A DNA stretch of 63,065 nucleotides, filler included, from Reticulomyxa filosa (lineage: Eukaryota; Protista; Foraminifera), in assembly GCA_000512085.1 (NCBI GenBank). It is 24 parts of 24 records of this genome, joined end to end, with 100 filler letters (N's around TTAATTAATTAA, not from the genome) between each part and the next. Parts side by side here need not be neighbours in the genome. Positions count along the whole stretch, not along the records: positions 52,765 to 54,902 come from ASPP01023480.1; positions 55,003 to 56,920 come from ASPP01008075.1; positions 57,021 to 58,454 come from ASPP01011707.1; positions 58,555 to 63,065 come from ASPP01039297.1; 20 more parts are not named here. One strand, given 5' to 3'. The translations under genes and the position numbers were made by a program. Positions 52,765-63,065 of this stretch are shown here, piece by piece. The notes beneath the pieces were generated by a model. It saw nothing but the letters and a program-made list of their open reading frames with translations, searched no databases and had not been told where the DNA came from. How positions within the stretch are numbered: the first letter of the stretch is position 1; every line of letters starts with the position of its first letter.

Positions 52765-54850
52765 TTCTTCTTCTTCTTCTTCTTCTTCATTTTCTTCTTC
52801 TTCTTCGTCCTCCTCTTGTTCCTCCATGTCTTGATCGATATCCTCGCCCATGTCTTCGTCATCATTCTTCGAAGTGGCGAACCATCGATTGTCCAACACC
52901 GAGTTCAACGTCTTTTGGAGAATGTTTTGAAATGATCCACCAATGTGTCCCAGTGACATCGACATTGAGCGTGGCGTGATTGTGGACGCGTGATTCGCTG
53001 GCACTGTCAACGCCTTTGTTTCGAAATTGTGAATCGTCGATGGCATCTTCCGATGGAACATCGAATGTACCGACGATATCGATGTCGACGTAGCTGTAGA
53101 TGCAGGTGCAGCCATTGATGACGACGCTGTTGTCACAATAGGAGTGGCGGGTCCTGTAGGAGCTGAAAAAGCACTGGGAACAAATCGAGAACGCTTGTCC
53201 ATACTCAAAGAGTGATGACGACTTGGCATGGACTGCGTTGTCGTGATGGAGACAGCAGCAATACCACTAGTACCACTAGTACCACTAGTACCATTAGTAC
53301 CATTGGTACCATTGGTACCATTGGCATCATTGGTAGTATTCTTAATAGTGTTATTATTCGTGTTATTGATAGCACTATTGATAGTGCTAGTGCCAGCCAT
53401 TGTAGTAATAGGTGTACTCATCTCATTAATGACCTTTCGAGGAGTCGAAGCTTTGCGAGTATATGTATATTTGCGATGCTGTTCCAATTGCTTTTTTCCC
53501 TTTTCCAACAGTCCATTTGCTGTTTCATAATTGTTACCATGGTCCAGGATTTGTTGCCAGGTCAACTTGTCTTTTTTCAAAACAGGCAAAATCTGTTTCA
53601 CCACTGTGGCTATCACATCGTTCGCGTTTAATTTGGGCCAGTTGCGTTGATTGATCACGCGTGCGGGAACTAAATGTCTGAACACATTTTATTTTGTGGT
53701 AATTTATATATTTTACCAATAATAAATAATACTAATAATAATGATAACAATAATAATATATTATTATTATTATTGTTATTATTATTAGTTATTTGTGTTA
53801 TCAAAACGGTGGCTCTTTCAAAATGACATCTCGGGTGGCAATGATTTGAGCAGCAACACATGGAACAATCATGTGCAACCCAAAGGCGAATAAGAAATCC
53901 CAGAGTCGCATGACTTCGACAATGGGTTTGGTAATGCCAAGGAGAGAGGACATAACAGGGAAAAAGCAAACAAAGGGATGAATGCGATAGTCGTTCAAAT
54001 GATCGGACAGTTCTTTGTCGACCAACTTGATCACTTCGAACACAAGCAAGGTGCTCCCAAAGGCCCCTGCCAATCCATGTTCGGCGGGGAATGTCACCCA
54101 GTACGTAGGCAGATAGTTTTCCAACAGCACGTACAACGTTGCAAAAGCGTCCAATTCGCTCATGTTCAACAATAACATTGCCGCGATCACATCCATCCCT
54201 TGGACATAGCTGCAACCCGTTTTATGACAGTAGCTGTTTAACACACGAATCAACGACTTCTCACTGACACGAGCTTTGAAAAACCCATTCGTTTTGAATG
54301 TCCGCATTGTATCCTTTCGAATCTTGTAATATGACGGACTTCTGTTTTGTATTGTTGTTGCATTATTCTATCGAATGGAAAGTGCAAAATAGTATAGCAT
54401 ATTAGGAATAATAAATGATAACAGAAAACAAAAGAGGGACGGAGGGGACCTATAAAAAAAAAAAAAAAGGTTTTTTTGCTTGTTTATTTTGCGCAGCTGC
54501 TTTTTTTTGCAAAAGGCAATGTATTCTTCGCTGCTGATGCGACTGACGCCTAGCATTGTTTTCCATGCCTTCCCACGCAATGTGGTTTCGACGGAAGACA
54601 TGGGTACATCGGTGCGTGCGCTCTTGCGTGTGCAGTAGATGAAATCAAGCTGCCAATTACCTTCGACATCGTCATCATTCTGCTATTTACCATCGGTACA
54701 GGCGTCGACAATATCGATCGATTTTTGATTGTCTTGGAGGTGCGAATGGGAGTGGTGGACATTTCAATTGGTGATGGCTGAGAAATGACACTACCAATAT
54801 TACTTATAATGCTCAATCCACGTTTTCCATCTCGAGGTGGTGTGGATGCT
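52765..54850 (-). CDS. BUB2: TBC-domain GAP, Bub2/Cdc16-like, with low-complexity extensions
   Basis: LRGKAWKTMLGV, SPSYYKIRKDTMRTF (Arg finger), VSEKSLIRVLN, YVQGMDVIAA (Gln finger) and EVMRLWDFLFAFGLHM..AQII. Confidence 0.85.
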
Positions 54851-54857
54851 CTCTTTT

Positions 54858-54892
<35 letters not shown>

Positions 54893-55039
54893 AAAAAAAA
54901 AANNNNNNNNNNNNNNNNNNNNNNNNNNNNNNNNNNNNNNNNNNNNTTAATTAATTAANNNNNNNNNNNNNNNNNNNNNNNNNNNNNNNNNNNNNNNNNN
55001 NNTTTTTTTGCAATTCTTTTTAAATCATAAGAACAAGAC

Positions 55040-55300
55040 ATTAGTTCAATTTCAATAATCCCGTCAATTGGATTATAGACTTGACATCTGTCATCAAATG
55101 TGGCGCAATTGCCCTTTCATAAAACGCGCAGTTTTGTGTGGAAAGTTACAAGACAAACTGTCATTGATAGACAATAGCGCCAACCATTACTTGCCAATGT
55201 AGGGCAAGTCCCTATTATGGATATCTGAACGTCAAGGGAACGGAGGAATCCCCAGTAGGTTAAACTTCCTCAACAAATTTACTTCTTACTTTTTGCTTTT
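55040..55300 (-). mobile_element. Possible highly decayed retroelement integrase remnant
   Basis: QISIIGTCPTLASNGWRYCLSM and YNPIDGIIE loosely resemble the rve motifs D..GP.P...G.RY.L and Y.PQ.NG..E. Confidence 0.25.
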
Positions 55301-55439
55301 CTTTACTTTCCTTTTGTTATCTTGTTTTATTATTTCAATTTCTTTCGTTTTAGGAAATCAATATTCTCTTCTTAGTAAACACCTCTCGTATTATAGTTAG
55401 TGTACCACTACTATCAGCAGACGTCCCACACCAAAATAC

Positions 55440-56760
55440 ATGAAAAATTGTCATATACAATGATACCATTGCATTATTGTAATGTGTATTGCAAAGGAAA
55501 TGATTTTCAATTCAGAATACATCATCAATTCAAATAATAACTCAATTCATATAAAGGAGGATCATCTTATGAAATAAAAGCCAAGAAAATAAGACAGCAT
55601 GCAACATTTAATTACTCAAAGTAGAAATGCAATGACGAGTAATAAAATAATAAATTTGGTGTCTGAGTTACAAAAATATCTGATAACAGTAATAAAATCA
55701 CCTAAAGTAAAAGATAAGATACGATTATTAACATGATTATAATGGAGATTATAACCAAGTATTTAATGTTGCGAAGTGAACAACAATAACAAGAACAAAA
55801 AAGAAAAGTAATGATAGTACAAGGAAAAACAGAGTCAGAAAAAGTATATTTTACCGTCATTTGGAAAAAACATAGCAATACGAATTTGGATCATATGCAT
55901 TTTCATCAAGCTTGCTTAACCAAGGTTAATTTCACAAATGCATCAATGAATAATATTTACTTTGGAGAATATTCATATTTAGAAGGGACATTTAGATAAA
56001 GTGAGTGCAGTAGAACTTTGGTCAGATTGTTCTAAGATTGCTTTTGTTCATATGACAATGCTCCCAAATGAACCCAAAATTTTGTCATGTTTAAGGGATG
56101 ATAATATTCGAATATGTGACATTTCTTTAGAAAGAAAAATTCAGTTAACAGTGGTAAAATTTCCCCTGATGGTTCTAAAATTGTATCATATTCAAATGAT
56201 AAAACAATCCGAATATTACAACGAAATTGTGGAATACGTTATCTAATGAACAAATTCAGATATTTGATGTCCCGCATATATGATACAAATTTCATCAGAT
56301 GATCCTAAATTTGCATCGTATTAGATAATAATACAATACAGTTATGGGATATATCATCTGGAAAACAACTTTTTTCACGCAAATTAAGTGTATATGTGAT
56401 AATACTAATATTTTCTCCAGATGGTATTACAATTGTGTCTTGTTTAGATTATAGAACAATTGAATTGTGGGATGTATTGACTGGAAAACAAATTCAAATT
56501 TTAAAAGGGCATTCCGATGATATATGTGGAATAAAATTTTCATTAGATGGTTCTAAAATTATTTTGTATTCAAGAGACAAAACTATTCAAACATGGAATG
56601 GTCTTCAGGAAAACAAATTCAAGTGCTAGAAGAACATAATGGTTATATTAATTGCATCAATTTACCTCCTGATGGTTCAAAACTAGTGCCATGTTTAATG
56701 ATAAAACAATTCAATTATGTGGTAGTTATAATTGTAGAATTGTTAATGTAACAGAGACTA
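55440..56760 (+). pseudogene. Decayed pentapeptide-repeat + WD40 C-terminus of an NWD-type (NACHT-WD40) gene
   Basis: NTNLDHMHFHQACLTKVNFTNASMNNIYFGEYSYLEG followed by FSPDG..IVS..D.TI.LWD blades broken by many stops and frameshifts. Confidence 0.8.
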
Positions 56761-58114
56761 TTGTGGTAGATTATATTGGAAAGTAAGCAATTAAACTGGC
56801 TTATCAATGAAAGGGAGTTATTTGGGAAATGAACAAAAAATCATTTGGAACAACGTGATGGAATATTTTGATGTTTTACTTGTTTGAATAGCAAATAGAC
56901 AATTTTTAAAAAATAGTGATNNNNNNNNNNNNNNNNNNNNNNNNNNNNNNNNNNNNNNNNNNNNTTAATTAATTAANNNNNNNNNNNNNNNNNNNNNNNN
57001 NNNNNNNNNNNNNNNNNNNNTTGTTGTTGTTAATCATTATATACTATACCACTTGTGTTTTGTTTTGCTTCTTCTTCCCCTATTTTTGCCTTCTCATTGT
57101 TCAAACAGTTTTTTTAGGAAGAACTTACTTCAACCGCTCCTTCATCTTGATCACCGAGCGAAGTTCCATTCGTTTCTTTCAATGCTTCAAGCTTTTATTT
57201 TTAATCCAATAAAAAAAAAACCTGCTTCTGAAGGGATACTCAGAACGTGCAAATAATGGAAAAACAAAACTGCAACAAATGTTTCTGCCAACGCTTTCTT
57301 CAATTCCTCGGCATTATTACCGAATTGCGAAACAAAATCTATTGAACGTTGTGCTATATGATTAGCCATGATCTTGCATGAAATACAAAATAAATAATCC
57401 TCCCTTTGTACCGACCTGTTTGAGAACAACGGCACAAGCCGCTTTACTAACAAAACCAGCCAAACAAGCCCTTAGTTACAAAGGCACACTGTACAACTGC
57501 AATTTAATAAACAATGACAAAACTACCATTTAAACTAAACGATGTGAACCGTAACAATGATCTGGTTATTATTACCACCGTAGCTATTTACATTTAACGT
57601 ATTATAGAGTTAATGCCTTGCACATTTTACACTGTTGCATATCATTTCTTCAATTAACAAACATTTTTCCATTTTTTTTTACAACTATAATATTATCTCC
57701 TAATATGATTTTATTGTTATTTTTCCTTTTTATTGATAACATTATTTTTAGATAGCAATCGCTCAGAAAACTGCCTTATTTATGAAATGTATCCATTTTT
57801 TTCTTTTTCCTTAAAATAATTTGTTATTGTTAGATATTTTGATCCAAATAACTTGTAATATTTGTTTTCTTTTATTTTGATGTGGCTAAAGTAATATTGT
57901 TTAAAAGCAATGTTCTGCAAACTTAATGTCAAAATGATCAAAATATCCTCATCGATAAATTTATTGTAGTAACTTGAATTAAATTTTATTAATGAAGTTA
58001 TTGTCTGTGCGACAAAGAAAGCAAACACTTGAGCAGCAAGCTGAGCGGGGATCCTTGTTTTAGTGAAGCAATTGAAATCTTTTGGATCAGTCACGAAACA
58101 ATAAAACAAAGTAC

Positions 58115-58294
58115 ATGTCGATTGAACTTGCACAAGACATATTGGATGAATATCAAAGAAAAGAGAAACTTGGCGAAGGCACCTATGGGATTGTGTACAA
58201 GTGTGTCCACATTCCCACAAAGCGTATTGTGGCCCTGAAAAAAATAAAAATTGATCCGAACGAAGAAGGAATCCCTGCAACAACCCTACGCGAA
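58115..58294 (+). CDS. Cyclin-dependent kinase (CDK1/2-like), first exon
   Basis: YQRKEKLGEGTYGIVYK, VALKKI and EEGIPATTLRE, followed by a GT donor at 58295. Confidence 0.92.
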
Positions 58295-58597
58295 GTTAGC
58301 AACAAAAAAGCCACGAGATTTTTTCGCACTTTAAAATATTTTTGCCATGTATTTCGTTTTGGAGAAACGCGTTTTTAGAAAAATATACTTACAATACAAA
58401 TTTTTGGACTTCCAACCCTGTTCCTTCCATTGTCTAATTTAAAAAGAAAGGGGGNNNNNNNNNNNNNNNNNNNNNNNNNNNNNNNNNNNNNNNNNNNNTT
58501 AATTAATTAANNNNNNNNNNNNNNNNNNNNNNNNNNNNNNNNNNNNNNNNNNNNTTCATTCAGTTTTTTTTTTTTTTTTTGCATAAAACAAGTTTTG

Positions 58598-59804
58598 TTA
58601 TCCCCAAATGCTAATTATTCCATTATCAGAACATGATGCAATTGTATTGGCGTCTGTTGAGACATCTACACATTTCAATGTACCAAAACGTATTTTTAAT
58701 CTCTGTACTTCTTGTCCTGATTTTACATTCCACAATCGAATTGTCTTATCAAATGAGCACGATACAATAGTTTGACCATCTGGAAAATACTTTACATCAG
58801 TTACAATATCTGTATGCCCTTCCAATAATTGTAATTGTTTTCCTGATTCAACGTCCCATATTCGAATTGTTTTATCCCATGAACCTGAAACAATGAATTG
58901 ACCATCGGGAGAAAATTTGGCACGTCTAACAATATCAGAATGCCCATGTAATTGTTTTAAGCATGCCACCCGATTTTGTGTGCCATATGCCAATAGTTTT
59001 GTCTTCAGAGGACGACACAATCATTTTACCATCAGGTGAATATTGCACACTCAATATATCATCTATAATAGCCAACTAGTTTTTTAATCATATTTCCACA
59101 ACTTATATTCCACAATCGAATTGTTCTATCATTTGAACATGATACAATATGTTTGCCATCTGAAGAAAAGTTTACAAACCACACCCAATCTGAATGCCCT
59201 TGTAATTCCCTCACTTCTGTCCCCGATTTTAGATCCCACAATCGAACTGTCCTATCTGATGAACATGAAGCCACAATTTGTCCATCGGGTGAAAATTCTG
59301 CAACATTGACAGAATGAAAATGACCTTCAAACATTTCCATTTGCTGTCCTGATGCAACATCCCATATTCGAATTGTTCTGTCATCTGATGCTGACACAAC
59401 TCTTCGGCCATCTGCCGAAAATCGTACGCTATTTATTCCGCCATCATGTCCTTTTAATATTTTCACCAATTGAAAATATTTCCCCTATTTTCAATTGTTT
59501 ACTCATAGACATTGTCATTAAATTCAAATGCAAACATAAAAAAAAAAGGACTCAACATATTCTATAACCATTTTGTCGAAAGCATAAATCCATCCCAATT
59601 CGATATTCAAAACTCGAACCCAATTTTGGATAATCAAATGTATATTCACTTCTGACTGTTTCAAATACATCAATTAACAAAATGTATTTTATAATAATTT
59701 AATAACTAACCTACCAATTGTGGTGCTGTCGTTTCTTTGTTGTTGGCAGAAAAGTTCGTCCTTTCATCAAAGAAAGGACCCGTCGTATTTCGACTTGTAT
59801 CCAT
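58598..59804 (-). pseudogene. WD40-repeat protein (FSPDG subfamily) with frameshifts near 59065 and 58965
   Basis: ATG 59804 and leader IIQNWVRVLNIELGWIYAFDKMVIEY. Blade 4 ([27 protein letters not shown]) is out of frame with both neighbours. Confidence 0.8.
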
Positions 59805-60588
59805 GAGGTGTCTTTTCAAAGAGTAGTCGTTGCCACAAGAAGAGTCAATTACAAAACATGTTAGATGATTTGAAACTTATTAATCTATGAGATTTTCGTT
59901 GAACTTTTCACTGTTCAGTATTATCCCCGTTTATTTTGCTTAATTCTGTTAGAGTTAACGAAAAATAGAAATCTTAAAAAAAAGACAATGAGGTGATAAA
60001 CGAAAAGAAATGAAATGGAAAAAATATCGTTGATACACATTTGTAATTTTTCCAATCAAAAAAAGAAAAGAAAGCAAAAAATAATGATTGTGCCAAACAG
60101 TCCCGTCTGCGTCTGGAGATAATCCATTCTCCCAAAAAACTGGGAATATCCGCCCTGTGACCAGGTCGGATGTTTTATCAGATGATGATACCTTTGTACC
60201 ATGTTCTTATTACAAAACGATTTAAATTTGGGGAACAAAAATGAATCTTTGTTAAAAAACGTGAATCCAATTCTTACATTGAATTTTAAAAAAATAGCAA
60301 AGCAGTAATGTTTGTTTGAAAATTATTTTTAATGTAAAGAGTATTACACAAAATGAACTATGAAAATCGCTCCAAGTTGCCATTTTCCTTTTTTTTTTTT
60401 GAAAGAAAAATAGTAACAAAAACATATTGCATTGCTTCGTATTTGAGAAAGTTTAATTGTTCCTTTTTTTTTTTTAAAAAAAAAAAAGAGTTTGCCAAAC
60501 TAATACGTATAAATTTTTTTAAAGACAGAGGGCACAAAAAAAAAAGAGTGTCACACCACTTTCTCGTATATATTGTTTGTGCCTGACG

Positions 60589-62317
60589 TTACGCAGTGAA
60601 AGCATTAATCTTGTTTTGCACAAACAAAATAATTTCGTCAATTTTGTCTAAGCAATTTGTGTGCTGTGGAGTACAGACGGTAGTGGTAGTAGTGGTAATA
60701 GTAGTGGTGGTGGCGACAGGGGTATGTTTCGATTGTTTTTGTGCAAGAAACTCGAGAGCCGTTTTGGTGTCAAACGAGTTTTTGGAAATCATAAAATTAA
60801 CACAAGAAGACAGGTTTGGGATTGGGACTTTGGCAGCCAAGGCAATGTTTCTGGCTTGCAACCGCATGTGTCCTGCCTGGATGCCTTCTGTCGCCAGCGC
60901 TCTCAAGGCTCCAAAGTTTTGGGCCAATCCAATGCAACACAAAATCTCACCAATTGTCTTCGCGCTCGGGTTGCCAAGCAATTGATGCGTAAACCTGTAT
61001 CCTGGATGCGTTTGTAACGAACCGCCTTTAGTGCCCACAGCAACGGGCAGTTCTAATTCGCCTACCAATTCTTGAGTTTTTTCGTCGATCGTATAATGTG
61101 TCATTGGTTGATAGGCTCTATCTCTGTCTTTTAAACCTATTCAATACATTGATATACGTATACGTATACACACACACACATATGTACATATATACATATA
61201 TATATATATATATGTATACGTGTATGTATACGTATGTTTAGCAAATAATGTGTAGCAAACTTGCAAAAGCATGAGCAGAAGCTTCGATGGCTCTATAGTC
61301 TTGTCCCAACGCGATGCAAACCGAGTCGATGCCATTCATGACGCCTTTGTTATGTGTGCATGCTCGAAACACGTCATCGCATGCAAAGTGGTATGCGTCA
61401 AGAATTTTGGAGGCTACCTCTTTGCCATCGGCACCTTTCCAAGCCAAATTTCGCAGAGGGATGCGGAACGCAGCTTTGCTGCGACGATAGATGCTAAGGT
61501 TGGACAGTATACGTATGCCAACACGTACACGACTGCCAAAGTCAGTCGTACTCAAATCTGCAAATATCAAATCCGACAAATTTTCGCACACGTGATTGAT
61601 CGCATTGGCACCCATGGCTTCGCATACGTCCATGTATACATGTACGCATAAATATGGACTACGTTTCTCCGTCATTGCTTTGGGTTCGATGATCTTGCAC
61701 ACCAGATCAACCACCCCTCCTCCTCGTTTGTGCATGCTCTCGCAGAAATGCGCATTTGCGGTATCGACGTACTCCTGCCTCTTGTCGTGGATAAAATGGA
61801 CCACTTTGGGGATTGTTTCGAGCGGGTCCTGAACAAGCAGTTGAATTTGCCCAATCATCACGTTTTTATCGGTGGAGACGGCCACGAAACCTTTGTGCGT
61901 TGCACTCGACGAAATCAACTTGCATATGCTCGAACATGCCGCAATAATGGAAGGCTCTTCCGTTGCCAAGGGTACTACGTAGTGCTTGTTGTTCATCACC
62001 AATGTTGGCACAATCCCTATTGGCAGACCTAACACGCCGATGCAATTCTCAATCATCTCGTTCGCTGTCGCACTATCCATTTCCAGGTCCCTTTGGCTCA
62101 CCTTGCTCTTTAAGTAATCGCTTAGCACTTCGTACCTTTCTTCCATCGACTTTTGGTGATAACCTGACCACTTCGACAAGTCAACGTTTTTTTGCCCTTG
62201 CGCTTCAATCGTGCTCGAAATTTCAAGTCCTTTCCATATGCTTCCTGATTTCGTCAGGGAGATCTCTATATCGCTCCTACTTTCTGCACGGGATTGTTCG
62301 TTCTCCTTCTTCGACAT
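60589..62317 (-). CDS. mvaA: HMG-CoA reductase, class II (bacterial MvaA type), complete, 2 exons (62317-61261, 61136-60589)
   Basis: MIENCIG, PLATEEPSIIAA, DVCEAMGANAIN, RACTHNKGVMNGID, GQDYRAIEA, GTKGG and GLAQNFGALRALATEGIQAGHM. The GT-AG intron 61260-61137 restores the frame (HAFAS|LKDRDRAYQPM). Confidence 0.95.
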
Positions 62318-63065
62318 TTTGAAAAGATGCTTTTAAAAGAAAAAATATAGAACAAATAATTACTTTAAAAAAAAAAAAGGACTCCCAGCTTTTCAAACGA
62401 AAAAGGAACAAGACACTTTTCACAAACTGCTATCAAAAACACTGTGGTAAATACAATAATTTTACTATTCATGTACTTTTTTTTATGAATTTTAAATTTT
62501 GTTTGTTTGTGTGCACAAGTTGCTTAAAAAGACTTTCAAAAAGTACGACATTTTTAGAGTAAAATTTGACAAATAATTTGTGTATGCTTTCATTATTTAC
62601 AAAGTTTTGCAAATTTGTTTTTTTGATAAAAAATGAAGTATTTTTTGTAACGAACCAGACTAAAAGCGTTTGCATGTTTATGAAAAAAGAGGAGGAACAT
62701 GACCACAGTACAAAAAGGGAGTTCATAACATACAAAAAAAAAATAATAATCCGTAATGTCTTTATCAGACTTGCATGGATTCGAAACAATTCCAAAACGA
62801 AAAGAAGCTTTCCTCAAAAATAATTGTTTTAGTTGAGTAAGATTTGGATGAAGCTACAGCAATATTGTATTAGTTTATGTTTGGGGGGGGGGAGGGAAAA
62901 AAAAAGGAGGAAAGATAAAGTGTGAAATGGTTTATGTTTGTAAATGTCTTAAAACAAATGACAGGGCAATTCTGGGTAAAAATTTGTGTCACTTGTGAGA
63001 GTGCAAGCAAGATGTTTCTGTACAAAAAAAGTGAACAGCGAAGGATTGCGACTTTATGTTGTGTT

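Noticed and set aside
5070-58554. Regularly recurring palindromic TTAATTAATTAA as a CRISPR-like repeat, telomere-addition or excision site
   Set aside because: Always centred in exactly 44+44 Ns, so it is a synthetic six-frame-stop contig linker.
60589-62317. HMGR as bacterial contamination
   Set aside because: It contains a host-style microsatellite GT-AG intron and shares a contig with a host WD40 gene.

Overview
Eukaryotic, AT-rich draft-assembly DNA made of 24 unrelated contigs joined by 23 artificial 100-bp spacers (N44-TTAATTAATTAA-N44), so adjacency across a spacer has no biological meaning. Short microsatellite- and homopolymer-rich GT-AG introns, the expanded WD40, Kelch and NACHT families and many frameshifted copies point to a foraminiferan, most likely Reticulomyxa filosa (inferred from family recognition, no search run). 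Recognisable housekeeping genes or fragments: NUDT9, APRT, GNB1L/Asa1, midasin, a PX sorting nexin, HDAC11, importin-alpha, a ZnT/CDF transporter, RCC1-repeat proteins, Bub2/Cdc16, a CDK and a bacterial-type class II HMG-CoA reductase with an intron. There is also a decayed Ty3/Gypsy RT. The most interesting signal is an innate-immunity/cell-death-like toolkit: (1) a NACHT protein preceded by a RelA/SpoT-like nucleotidyltransferase segment, (2) a Kelch-helical repeat-PB1-like-caspase gene with an intact His/Cys dyad, (3) WD40 paralogues whose differences concentrate at ligand-binding positions, and (4) a GVIN1/VLIG-like giant GTPase. No rRNA, tRNA or CRISPR array was seen.
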